DNA of 64,000 bases from Microbacterium sp. (GTDB taxonomy: Bacteria > Actinomycetota > Actinomycetes > Actinomycetales > Microbacteriaceae). Positions 55,501-64,000 of this stretch are shown in pieces (position 1 is the first letter of the stretch; every line of letters starts with the position of its first letter). The position numbers and the translations under genes were made by a program. The stretch lies in assembly GCF_011620665.1 (NCBI RefSeq), contig NZ_WOYQ01000006.1, forward strand, positions 4,168-68,167, written 5' to 3'. The notes below the pieces were generated by a model that made no database searches, was not told the origin of the DNA, and saw nothing but the letters and a program-made list of their open reading frames with translations.

Positions 55501-56810
55501 GTCTTCAGCAGACGCAGGGTCCGGCCGTCGAGCCCTTCGATGCCGTGGATGTCATCCGCGCCAAACGCGACGGAGGGGCAGTCCCCGAAGACGCACTGCG
55601 GTGGATGATCGATGCCTACACCCGCGGCTACGTCGCCGACGCGCAGATGGCGGCCTTCGCTATGGCGGTGCTCCTCAACGGCATGGGACGCGACGAGATC
55701 CGGGTGCTGACGGCGGCGATGATCGCCTCCGGCGAGCGGATGAGCTTCGCCGGACTCGGCAAGCCGACCGTCGACAAGCACTCCACCGGCGGCGTCGGAG
55801 ACAAGATCACCCTGCCGCTGGCCCCGCTGGTCGCCGCGTTCGGCGTTGCGGTCCCGCAGCTGTCCGGTCGTGGCCTCGGTCACACGGGCGGCACCCTCGA
55901 CAAGCTCGAATCGATTCGCGGGTGGCGCGCCGCGCTCAGCAACGAGGAGATGCTCGCGCAGATGCGGGGCGTCGGCGCGGTCATCTGCGCCGCCGGATCG
56001 GGGCTTGCCCCGGCCGACAAGAAGCTCTACGCGCTGCGCGACGTCACCGGCACGGTCGAAGCGATTCCGCTGATCGCCTCGTCGATCATGTCCAAGAAGA
56101 TCGCCGAGGGCACGGGCGCGCTCGTGCTGGACGTGAAGTTCGGGTCGGGCGCGTTCATGCGCGATGTCGACAGGGCCCGCGAACTCGCCCGCACGATGGT
56201 TGCGCTGGGGACGGACTCGGGCGTGGCGACCACGGCACTGCTGACCGACATGAACACGCCGCTGGGACGGACGATCGGCAACGCGAACGAGGTGCGCGAA
56301 TCGGTCGAGGTGCTCGCCGGCGGCGGCCCCGCCGACGTCGTCGAACTGACGCTCGCGCTCGCCCGCGAGATGCTGGCGCTGGCCGGTCAGCCCGACGCTG
56401 ACGTCGCGAAGGCGCTGCAGGACGGCCGCGCGATGGACGCATGGCGCAGGATGATCCGTGCGCAGGACGGCGACCCGGATGCCGCGCTCCCCACTCCGCG
56501 CGAGACGCACACCGTGGTCGCCGAGACGGAGGGCGTCGTCGCCCGCATGGATGCCTTGCCGTTCGGCGTCGCCGCGTGGCGTCTGGGCGCCGGGCGTGCG
56601 CGCGCAGAGGACCCCGTCGTCCACTCGGCCGGGATCGACCTGCACGTGCGACCGGGCGACCGGGTGAGCGCCGGACAGCCGATGTTCACTCTGCTCGCCG
56701 ATGATGGCAACCGCTTTGCGCGCGCACTGGACGCCCTTGACGGCGCGTGGGAGATCGGCGCGACCGCGCCGGCATCCTCCCCGCTCGTCCTCGAACGCAT
56801 CACCGCCTGA
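55497..56810 (+). CDS. deoA: Thymidine/pyrimidine-nucleoside phosphorylase
   Basis: DKHSTGGVGDK, SGRGLGHTGGTLDKLE, SIMSKK. Confidence 0.96.
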   Translation: MSLQQTQGPAVEPFDAVDVIRAKRDGGAVPEDALRWMIDAYTRGYVADAQMAAFAMAVLLNGMGRDEIRVLTAAMIASGERMSFAGLGKPTVDKHSTGGVGDKITLPLAPLVAAFGVAVPQLSGRGLGHTGGTLDKLESIRGWRAALSNEEMLAQMRGVGAVICAAGSGLAPADKKLYALRDVTGTVEAIPLIASSIMSKKIAEGTGALVLDVKFGSGAFMRDVDRARELARTMVALGTDSGVATTALLTDMNTPLGRTIGNANEVRESVEVLAGGGPADVVELTLALAREMLALAGQPDADVAKALQDGRAMDAWRRMIRAQDGDPDAALPTPRETHTVVAETEGVVARMDALPFGVAAWRLGAGRARAEDPVVHSAGIDLHVRPGDRVSAGQPMFTLLADDGNRFARALDALDGAWEIGATAPASSPLVLERITA

Positions 56811-56841
56811 ACACCCGAACCCGAATCTCCTGGAGAACCCC

Positions 56842-57957
56842 ATGGCTATCGAACAGCACGGTGACACGACGCTCGACGGCGTCTCGATCCGGTCCCTGCC
56901 GAAGGTGTCGCTCCACGACCACCTGGATGGGGCGCTGCGTCCGCAGACCATCATCGAGCTCGCCGAGGGAATCGGATTCGAGATCCCGTCATCGGATGCC
57001 GGCGACCTCGCCGACTGGTTCGCGGAGCAGAGCGACTCGGGCTCCCTGGTGGAGTACCTGAAGACCTTCGACCTCACGACCGCGGTCATGCAGACCGCCG
57101 ACGGCCTCCGCCGGGTCGCGCGTGAGTTCGTCGAGGATCTCGCGGCCGACGGGGTCATCTACGGCGAGGTGCGCTGGGCGCCTGAGCAGCATCAGGCCGG
57201 GGGGCTGTCGCTGGAGGAAGCCGTCGAGGCCGTGCAGGAGGGCATCGAGGAGGGCGAGGATGCCGTCTCGGGCTCTGACCGCGACATCCGGGTGGGACAG
57301 CTGATCACCGCGATGCGGCACACGGATCGTTCCCTGGAGATCGCGGAGCTTGCCGTCGCGTACCGCAGTCGCGGCGCCGTCGGATTCGACATCGCGGGCC
57401 CGGAAGCCGGATTCCCCCCGTCGAACCACCGCGCTGCCTTCGACTATCTGGCGGCCCAGTTCTTCCCGGCGACGGTGCACGCGGGAGAAGCCGCCGGTCT
57501 CGAGTCCATCCGCTCGGCGCTCATCGACGGCCGCGCGCTGCGCCTGGGCCACGGTGTGCGGATCGCCGAGGACCTCGAGGTCATTCAGCAGAAGGGCGAC
57601 GAGGTGCTGGTGACCTTCGGCGATCTGGCCCGCTGGGTGCGCGATCGCGAGATCCCGCTGGAGCTCTCGCCGTCGTCGAACCTGCAGACCGGTGCCATCG
57701 CGGCCTGGGGGACGACCCTGGAAGACCACCCGTTCGATCTGCTGTATCAGCTCGGGTTCGCCGTCACGGTCAATGTCGACAACCGCACGATGAGCCGCAC
57801 CTCGCTCACCCGCGAACTCGCGCTCCTGGCGGAGACCTTCGATTACCGGCTGGAGGATCTCGAGGCGTTCCAGCTCAACGCGGCCGCCGGGGCCTTCCTG
57901 TCGATCGAGGAGCGCGAAGAACTCATCGAGCTCATCGGCGAGGGCTTCGGCGGCTGA
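56842..57957 (+). CDS. add: Adenosine deaminase
   Basis: SLHDHLDG, TVHAGE, RLGHG, ELSPSSN, VNVDN. Confidence 0.95.
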   Translation: MAIEQHGDTTLDGVSIRSLPKVSLHDHLDGALRPQTIIELAEGIGFEIPSSDAGDLADWFAEQSDSGSLVEYLKTFDLTTAVMQTADGLRRVAREFVEDLAADGVIYGEVRWAPEQHQAGGLSLEEAVEAVQEGIEEGEDAVSGSDRDIRVGQLITAMRHTDRSLEIAELAVAYRSRGAVGFDIAGPEAGFPPSNHRAAFDYLAAQFFPATVHAGEAAGLESIRSALIDGRALRLGHGVRIAEDLEVIQQKGDEVLVTFGDLARWVRDREIPLELSPSSNLQTGAIAAWGTTLEDHPFDLLYQLGFAVTVNVDNRTMSRTSLTRELALLAETFDYRLEDLEAFQLNAAAGAFLSIEEREELIELIGEGFGG

Positions 57958-57976
57958 CCGGCCGGAACGGTGTCGA

Positions 57977-59644
57977 CTACGCCGAGGTGTGGTCGTCTGC
58001 GGCCGCTTGGGCCGCAGCTCGCGCCGAGGCCGCGTCGGCGGCTCCCAGCGCCGCCGACGCGATGCGCTCGGCGTCTCGCATCGTCTGCTTGAGCAGGGCG
58101 GCGCGGACGTCGGCCAGGGCCGTGGGCGCCATGGACAGGCTCGTCGCTCCGAGACCCACGAGGACGACCGCGAGCAGCGGATCTGCTGCGGCCTCGCCGC
58201 AGATTCCCACGGGCTTGCCCTGGGCCTTGCCGGCTGCGCCGGTCATCCCGATCAGCCGCAGGACGGCCGGGTGCCACGGATCCTGGAAACTGGACACCGA
58301 GCCCAGCAGGCGGTCGGCGGCCATCGTGTACTGGGTGAGGTCGTTCGTCCCGATCGAGGCGAAGTCGGCGATCGCGAGCACCCTGTCGGCCATGAGCGCG
58401 GCCGAGGGCACTTCGACCATGACTCCGGCCGTCTTGATGCCGTACTCGCGACACAGCGACGTGAAGTACTCCGTCTCTTCCACGGTGCCCACCATGGGGG
58501 CCATGACCCACAGGTCGGCCTCGGTCGCGGCGTCGGCCTGCTGCAGTGCCGTTAGCTGCTCCCGCAGGATGTCTTCGCTCGCACGCAGCGCGCGGATGCC
58601 GCGCAGTCCCAGCGCGGGGTTCTCTTCGTGCGCGTCGTTGAGGAAGGCCAGCGGCTTGTCGGCGCCGGCATCCAATGCCCGTACGACGACCTTCTGGCCG
58701 GGGAAAGCGGTGAGCAGCTCGGTGTAGGCCCTCGTCTGCTGGTCGACGGTGGGGGCGTTGGTCGAGCTGAGGAAGAGGAATTCGGTGCGGAACAGGCCGA
58801 CGCCCTCGGCCCCGAGCTCGACAGCCTCGTCGGCGCCACCGGGCTTGCCCAGGTTGGCCAGCAGCGGAATCGCGGTGCCGTCGGCGAGAGCGCCCGGCGT
58901 GATCGGCGCCGAGGTCGCCGCCGCGCGGGCATCGGCGCGGTGCCGTGCGTGGGTGAGTTCCTCTTCGGTCGGGTGCACGGTCACGACGCCCTTGGCGGCA
59001 TCGACGATCACGGTCTGGCCATCGACGAGATCCTTCGCAGCGCCCACGCCGACGACCGCGACGATCGACTTCTCACGAGCCAAGATCGCGGTGTGCGAGG
59101 TCGGGCCGCCGTCAGTGGTCACCAGCGCGAGCACCGTGTCGAGGTCGAGGAGGGCCGTGTCGGCCGGTGCGAGCTCCTTCGCGACCAGGACGAACGGGTG
59201 ACCCGGATCAGGGACGCCCGGCGCGGGGAGACCCCGCAGCCGCGCGACGACGCGCTGTGCGACGTCGTCGAGGTCGGCGGCTCGTTCGCCGAGGTACCCA
59301 CCCATCGCCGCGAGGGTGTCGCGGAAGGAGGCGAACGCATCGTGCACCGCGAACTCGCCGGTTTTTCCCGCCGCCAGGCGGGTGCCGATCTCTGCATCCA
59401 GGCTCGGGTCTTCGGCCATCATGGCCTGCGCCTCGAGCACGTCGCGGGCTGTGCCTCCCGCGTGAGATCCGCGCTGTTCGAGCTCACGGGCGACGGCGGC
59501 GACGGCTTCGCGCACCCGCGCCGTCTCGTCTTCGACGCTCAGCGTGCTCGGCGTGTCTTCCGGGGCGGGCAGGGGATCTGCCATCCGTGCGACCGGACCC
59601 TGGGCCACGCCCAGCCCGATGCCGACTCCTCGCAGTTCGCTCAT
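57977..59644 (-). CDS. ptsI: PTS enzyme I
   Basis: GGPTSHTAIL (phospho-His), GLFRTEF, LGLRGIR, SIGTNDLTQY, GICGE. Confidence 0.95.
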   Translation of the reverse strand: MSELRGVGIGLGVAQGPVARMADPLPAPEDTPSTLSVEDETARVREAVAAVARELEQRGSHAGGTARDVLEAQAMMAEDPSLDAEIGTRLAAGKTGEFAVHDAFASFRDTLAAMGGYLGERAADLDDVAQRVVARLRGLPAPGVPDPGHPFVLVAKELAPADTALLDLDTVLALVTTDGGPTSHTAILAREKSIVAVVGVGAAKDLVDGQTVIVDAAKGVVTVHPTEEELTHARHRADARAAATSAPITPGALADGTAIPLLANLGKPGGADEAVELGAEGVGLFRTEFLFLSSTNAPTVDQQTRAYTELLTAFPGQKVVVRALDAGADKPLAFLNDAHEENPALGLRGIRALRASEDILREQLTALQQADAATEADLWVMAPMVGTVEETEYFTSLCREYGIKTAGVMVEVPSAALMADRVLAIADFASIGTNDLTQYTMAADRLLGSVSSFQDPWHPAVLRLIGMTGAAGKAQGKPVGICGEAAADPLLAVVLVGLGATSLSMAPTALADVRAALLKQTMRDAERIASAALGAADAASARAAAQAAADDHTSA

Positions 59645-59664
59645 GGTCGTGTCTCTTCTCGGTT

Positions 59665-59940
59665 TCAGTTCTCGTCGTGGTCGGCGGACAGCAGGTCGGC
59701 GAGAGTGTCGAGCAGTTCTTCGACGTTCTCCGCCTCCGCGGTGAGTGTGACGTAGTCGCCCTTCTCCGCGCCCAGCGAAATGACGCCGAGAATGCTCGCG
59801 GCGTTGACGGGAGCCCCCGATCCCTTCGCGATCGTCACCGGGGTGCCTGAGTCCTTCACCGCCTGCGCGAACAGCTTCGCCGGTCGTGCGTGGAGCCCAT
59901 GGGAGGATCCGATGCGGATCGTACGGGTGGCCTGAGTCAT
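59665..59940 (-). CDS. ptsH: PTS phosphocarrier HPr
   Basis: GLHARPA (His15), NAASILGVISL (Ser46). Confidence 0.95.
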   Translation of the reverse strand: MTQATRTIRIGSSHGLHARPAKLFAQAVKDSGTPVTIAKGSGAPVNAASILGVISLGAEKGDYVTLTAEAENVEELLDTLADLLSADHDEN

Positions 59941-60089
59941 TGCGGGTCCGTTCGTTCGGCGTGGCGGGGGAGCGCATCGTCGATGAGCGCGAGACCGCGA
60001 GTCCCATCGAGATCCGCGAAGACGTCGGCCGGGAGGAGCACGACGGCCGCGCGGCGAAGGGCGGCATCCATCTCGAGCGGCGTCCACAT
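59937..60089 (-). CDS. Putative 50-aa small protein coupled to ptsH
   Basis: AAGGAG RBS before ATG 60089; stop overlaps ptsH start (ATGA); track extends it to 60200 through a repeat region. Confidence 0.45.
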   Translation of the reverse strand: MWTPLEMDAALRRAAVVLLPADVFADLDGTRGLALIDDALPRHAERTDPQ

Positions 60090-60138
60090 CGATCCGTCTC
60101 CTTCCCCGCCATTCTCGTGCCCGTGCGGGAAAGAGGCA

Positions 60139-60187
60139 ACCGGGCAGAATCCTGCGGTTTCCGCAGCGACCGGGACAGATCCTGCGG
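60139..60187. repeat. Imperfect 19-bp direct repeat pair with internal hairpin (REP-like)
   Basis: ACCGGGCAGAATCCTGCGG (60139-60157) and ACCGGGACAGATCCTGCGG (60169-60187); CTGCGG-TTT-CCGCAG hairpin. Confidence 0.6.
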
Positions 60188-60219
60188 AGATCACGACCAT
60201 CTGCGGGAGTCCGTGCTGC

Positions 60220-60792
60220 TCAGCCGCGAGTCAGGCGCTCGTCGAGGCCCCGCCGCACACCGGGCCATTCGTGCGGGAGGATCGAGAAGACCACGGTGTC
60301 GCGCGGGCTCCCGTCGGGTCCCAGCCGGTGGTTGCGGAGGATGCCGTCCTGGCGCGCACCCAGCCGCGCGATCGCCGCACGGGACTGCAGGTTGTGGAAG
60401 TGCGTGCGCAACTCGACGGCGATCACACCGCACTCCTCGAACGCGTGCGCGAGCAGGAGGAGCTTCGCGGCGGTGTTCACGGCGGTGCGCTGGACGCCCG
60501 GCGACAGCCAGGTGTAGCCGATCTCGACGCGCGGGCTCTCCTGATCGATGCCGCAGAACGTCGTCATGCCGACCGCGCGCCCGTCGCGGAGCACCGCGAA
60601 GGGGTTCATGCTGCCCGCGGCATGTTGGGCCAGACGATGCTCGATCTCGATCGGCACGTCGGCCGGGATAGATGTGTACCACGCGTACTCCAGACCCGTG
60701 CGGGCCTCGGCCAGATCATCCGCGTGGCCCCGGCTCAGCGGCTCGAGCCGCACGTGGGCGTTCTCGAGCACGACGGGTTGGTTCAGCAGCAC
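60220..60792 (-). CDS. RimJ/RimL-type GNAT acetyltransferase
   Basis: VRLEPL, VEIGYTWL, NLQSRAAIARLGA, RDTVVFSIL; TAGGCT 7 nt before GTG. Confidence 0.9.
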   Translation of the reverse strand: MLLNQPVVLENAHVRLEPLSRGHADDLAEARTGLEYAWYTSIPADVPIEIEHRLAQHAAGSMNPFAVLRDGRAVGMTTFCGIDQESPRVEIGYTWLSPGVQRTAVNTAAKLLLLAHAFEECGVIAVELRTHFHNLQSRAAIARLGARQDGILRNHRLGPDGSPRDTVVFSILPHEWPGVRRGLDERLTRG

Positions 60793-60876
60793 GTGCTCGA
60801 GCCTAGCCGCGGTGTGCGTCCGGGCGCGGGGCGCCGTGTTCCCCCTCACCCGGAGCACCCGGGGCGGCAGCAGCGT

Positions 60877-62535
60877 TCAGCGCTGCAGCGACGCCAGCAG
60901 CGCCCGAGCACCGGCATCGAGCGCGCGGACGCGCGCGGCTGCATCGTCCGGAGTGTCACCGCGCACATCCAGATACACCTTCAGCTTCGGCTCGGTGCCG
61001 CTCGGGCGCACGATCACGCGCGAGCCGTCGACGAGCCAGATCCGCAGGACATCGCTCGACGGCACCCCCTCCGCACCGGCGAGCAGGTCTTCGACGCGTG
61101 CGACGCCGGTGTCGCCGATGGATGTCGGCGCCTGCTCCCGGAGCGCCGCCATGATGGTCCGGATCTCTGCGACATCCACCACCCGGATCGAGACCTGCCC
61201 GCTCGCGAAGGCACCGAAGGTGTCGGAGAAGCGCCGGATCACGTCGGCGAGGGTCTCGCCCTGTTCGCGCGCCTCGGCGATCATGCCGAGCAGAGCCACG
61301 GCGGCTGAGATCCCATCCTTGTCGCGCACGGAGCCCGGGTTCACGAGGTACCCGAGGGCTTCCTCGAAGCCGTAGACGAGCCCGGGGGCGCGTGAGATCC
61401 ACTTGAACCCGGTGAGGGTCGCGTGGAAGTCCAGCCCGTAGTACTCGGCGACCGCCTGCAACCCGGGCGAAGAGACGAGCGAGCACGCGAGTGCGCCGCT
61501 CGACGCGCGCTCGGCCGCACGCCAGCCCAGCAGCAGTCCGACCTCGTTGCCGGACAGTCGCCGCCAGCCGCCATCCGCGGCAGGGTCGGGGATGGCCACG
61601 GCGAGCCGGTCGGCATCCGGGTCGTTCGCCAGCACGAACTCCGCCCCGGCCGCGCGCGCGGTCTCGAACGCGAGATCCATCGCGCCGGGCTCTTCGGGAT
61701 TCGGGAACGCGACCGTCGGGAAGCGTCCATCCGGCTCGATCTGGGGCTCGACCACGGTCGGCAGAGGGTAGCCCGCCGTCGTCAGGACCCGTGCGAGCGT
61801 CTCGTAGCCGACGCCGTGCATCGCGGTGTACACCCAGGTCATCCCGGCTGCGCCCGCCGGCGCCGGGGCGACGATCGCCGTCTCGGCGATGTACGCCTCG
61901 ATGACGCCCTCGTCGGCGATCTCGTATGCTTCCGAGCGCGGCAGCGCGCCGAGGTCTGCGGCATCGGCGATCCGCTGGATGTGTGCGGCGATTTCGCCGT
62001 CGGCCGGTGACACGATCTGCGATCCCTCATCCGTGCCTCCGAGGTAGACCTTGTACCCGTTGTCGTCGGGCGGGTTGTGGGATGCCGTGACCATCACGCC
62101 CGCGGCCGCGCCCAGATGGCGCACAGCGAAGGCGAGGACCGGTGTGGGCAGCAACCGGGGCAGCAGCACCGCGTCAAGGCCCGCCCCCGCAAAGAGTTCC
62201 GCACTGTCGCGCGCGAACACATCGGAGTTTCGTCTTCCGTCGTAGCCGATCACGACGGTCGGGGTCGCCCCCGCGGCCTTCTCGCGCAGGTAGGCGGCCA
62301 GTCCGGCCGCCGCCTGCCCGACGAGGACCCGGTTCATGCGGTTGCTGCCCGCGCCCAGGCGCCCGCGCAGGCCCGCCGTGCCGAACGCGAGACGCCCGGC
62401 GAAGCGATCCTCCAGATCGGCGGCGGCCGCGGAGTCCCCGCCGTCGGCCCGGGCGATGAGGTCGGTCAGCTCAGCACGCGTGACCGGGTCCGGATCCTGC
62501 GCGAGCCACGCGCGCGCGGCGGCGGCGACGCTCAC
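60877..62535 (-). CDS. Alpha-D-phosphohexomutase family mutase (PmmB-like; candidate phosphopentomutase)
   Basis: FGTAGLRG, VTASHNPP (phospho-Ser), NDPDADRL, GFEEALG, RPSGTEPKLK; GTG 62535 overlaps punA stop. Confidence 0.92.
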   Translation of the reverse strand: MSVAAAARAWLAQDPDPVTRAELTDLIARADGGDSAAAADLEDRFAGRLAFGTAGLRGRLGAGSNRMNRVLVGQAAAGLAAYLREKAAGATPTVVIGYDGRRNSDVFARDSAELFAGAGLDAVLLPRLLPTPVLAFAVRHLGAAAGVMVTASHNPPDDNGYKVYLGGTDEGSQIVSPADGEIAAHIQRIADAADLGALPRSEAYEIADEGVIEAYIAETAIVAPAPAGAAGMTWVYTAMHGVGYETLARVLTTAGYPLPTVVEPQIEPDGRFPTVAFPNPEEPGAMDLAFETARAAGAEFVLANDPDADRLAVAIPDPAADGGWRRLSGNEVGLLLGWRAAERASSGALACSLVSSPGLQAVAEYYGLDFHATLTGFKWISRAPGLVYGFEEALGYLVNPGSVRDKDGISAAVALLGMIAEAREQGETLADVIRRFSDTFGAFASGQVSIRVVDVAEIRTIMAALREQAPTSIGDTGVARVEDLLAGAEGVPSSDVLRIWLVDGSRVIVRPSGTEPKLKVYLDVRGDTPDDAAARVRALDAGARALLASLQR

Positions 62536-63365
62536 AGCTGGCCGATCACGCGCGCGAGCAGCGCCGAGATCACCGGCTCTGCCGCCTGCCCGGCCTCGAG
62601 CACCTCGCGATGGCTGAGGGGAGTGGTCTGGATGCCGGCGGCCATGTTGGTGATGAGCGAGAAGCCGAGGATCTCCATGCCGGACTCGCGGGCGGCGATC
62701 GCCTCGAGGGTCGTGGACATGCCGACGATGTGTCCTCCGATCGTCTTGGCCATCCGCACCTCGGCGGGAGTCTCGTACTGCGGACCGCGGAACTGGCAGT
62801 ACACGCCTTCTTCGAGCGACGGGTCGACGTGACGGGCGAGGTCGCGCAGCCGTGTCGAGTAGAGGTCGGTCAGGTCGATGAAGGTCGCGCCCTCCAGCGG
62901 AGAATCTCCGGTGAGGTTGATGTGGTCGCTGATGAGCACGGGCTGGCCGGGGGTCCACGTCGGCTTGATCCCGCCGGCGCCGTTGGTGAGCACCATCGTC
63001 TTCGCCCCGGTCGCGGCCGCGGTGCGCACGCTGTGCACGACGCGGCGGACGCCGTGGCCCTCGTAGTAGTGCGTGCGGGCCCCGATGACCAGCACCCGCT
63101 TGCCCGACGAGGTGAGGATGCTGCGGAGCGACCCCACGTGGCCGGCCAGCGCGGGCGCGCTGAAGCCGGTCACATCGGTGGCCGCAAGGGTGGCGGTCGT
63201 CTCGCCGATAAGGTCGGCGGCCTTGCCCCATCCGCTGCCGAGGGTGAGGGCGATGTCGTGCCGGTCCACTCCCGTCAGACGGGCGATATCGGCGGCAGCG
63301 TCGGCGGCGACGGCGAACGGGTCAGCGCCCGGGTCGTCGAGAGGGTGGGTGATCGAATCGGACAT
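62532..63365 (-). CDS. punA: Purine-nucleoside phosphorylase (trimeric type)
   Basis: LGSGW, RTHYYEG, LTNGAGG, GPQYETPAE, VGMSTTLE, ITNMAAG. Confidence 0.95.
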   Translation of the reverse strand: MSDSITHPLDDPGADPFAVAADAAADIARLTGVDRHDIALTLGSGWGKAADLIGETTATLAATDVTGFSAPALAGHVGSLRSILTSSGKRVLVIGARTHYYEGHGVRRVVHSVRTAAATGAKTMVLTNGAGGIKPTWTPGQPVLISDHINLTGDSPLEGATFIDLTDLYSTRLRDLARHVDPSLEEGVYCQFRGPQYETPAEVRMAKTIGGHIVGMSTTLEAIAARESGMEILGFSLITNMAAGIQTTPLSHREVLEAGQAAEPVISALLARVIGQL

Positions 63366-63449
63366 GGTCCTACTCTATGAATCCAGAGGCCCACGGGCCA
63401 GGCGGAGCCGGTCGCTGTGCGCCGCGCGCGGACTGAGAGAATGGAAGGC

Positions 63450-64000
63450 ATGTCCGTGAGCTTCGTGAGCAACCAGAGCGTCGCCGTCCTCGGCGGCGGT
63501 CCCGGCGGATACGAAGCGGCACTCGCCGCCGCCCAGCTCGGCGCTGAAGTCACGCTCGTCGAGCGTGCCGGCGTCGGCGGCGCGGCCGTCATGACAGACG
63601 TCGTCCCGTCGAAGAGTCTCATCGCGACCGCGGATGCCGCGGTGGCCATCGCGGAGGCTTCCGACCTCGGGGTTCAGCTGTTCTCGAAGTCGGACAGCGG
63701 GAGTCCGATGAAGCCCGAGATCGCGATCAATCTTGCTGCCGTGAACAGGCGCCTCTTGTCGCTCGCGCGACAGCAATCCGACGACATGCGGGCACAGCTG
63801 GTCGATGCGGGGGTCCGGATCGTCTCAGGCCACGGACGGCTGGACGACCGCAACTCGATCGTCGTCTCCACCGGCCCCGGGGGGACGGACTTCGACCGGG
63901 TCGAGGCGGACACACTCGTCGTGTCGGTCGGTGCCTCTCCCCGTGCGCTTGCGAGCGCGCAGCCCGACGGCGAGCGGATCCTCACCTGGACGCAGCTCTA
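63450..64000 (+). CDS. lpdA: NAD(P)H-quinone reductase LpdA-like flavoprotein (3' truncated by window edge)
   Basis: Absent from ORF track (no stop); VLGGGPGGYEAA, GGAAVMTDVVPSKSLIA: the LPD CxxxxC disulfide is replaced, as in mycobacterial LpdA. Confidence 0.85.
   Translation, partial: MSVSFVSNQSVAVLGGGPGGYEAALAAAQLGAEVTLVERAGVGGAAVMTDVVPSKSLIATADAAVAIAEASDLGVQLFSKSDSGSPMKPEIAINLAAVNRRLLSLARQQSDDMRAQLVDAGVRIVSGHGRLDDRNSIVVSTGPGGTDFDRVEADTLVVSVGASPRALASAQPDGERILTWTQL

Overview
High-GC (about 70% by eye) actinobacterial chromosome segment, most like Microbacterium/Microbacteriaceae. It is densely coding and mostly core genome; no rRNA, tRNA, IS, integrase or CRISPR was seen. Contents in order: ABC exporter pair, icd, L,D-transpeptidase, FAD oxidase, an OmpR-type two-component system divergent from a secreted repeat protein, K+ channel, ZTP riboswitch-glyA-folD, amino-acid ABC transporter, EfeUOB with a DtxR/IdeR box, a RamB/PrpR-like regulator divergent from pckG, an ECF sigma plus multi-Asp23/AmaP-like cluster, ABC and MFS transporters, FMN riboswitch-ribD/E/BA/H, glpDK, Fpg/Nei, trpS, xth, YihY, sdhCDAB, mannose-1-P guanylyltransferase, a BMP nucleoside ABC transporter with cdd-deoA-add, orphan ptsH-ptsI, phospho-sugar mutase-punA and partial lpdA. 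The most interesting signals are (i) a strand-symmetric, frame-independent excess of the heptamer GGATGCC/GGCATCC (about 75-80 copies counted by eye), (ii) the ECF sigma / Asp23-fused anti-sigma candidate / Asp23-AmaP cluster, (iii) a TCS module with phased operator repeats, a helical-repeat secreted protein and a possible deleted-esterase relic, and (iv) several operator-like palindromes. Products come from motif recognition and recall, not database searches; several starts were moved from the ORF track using RBS or -10 evidence.
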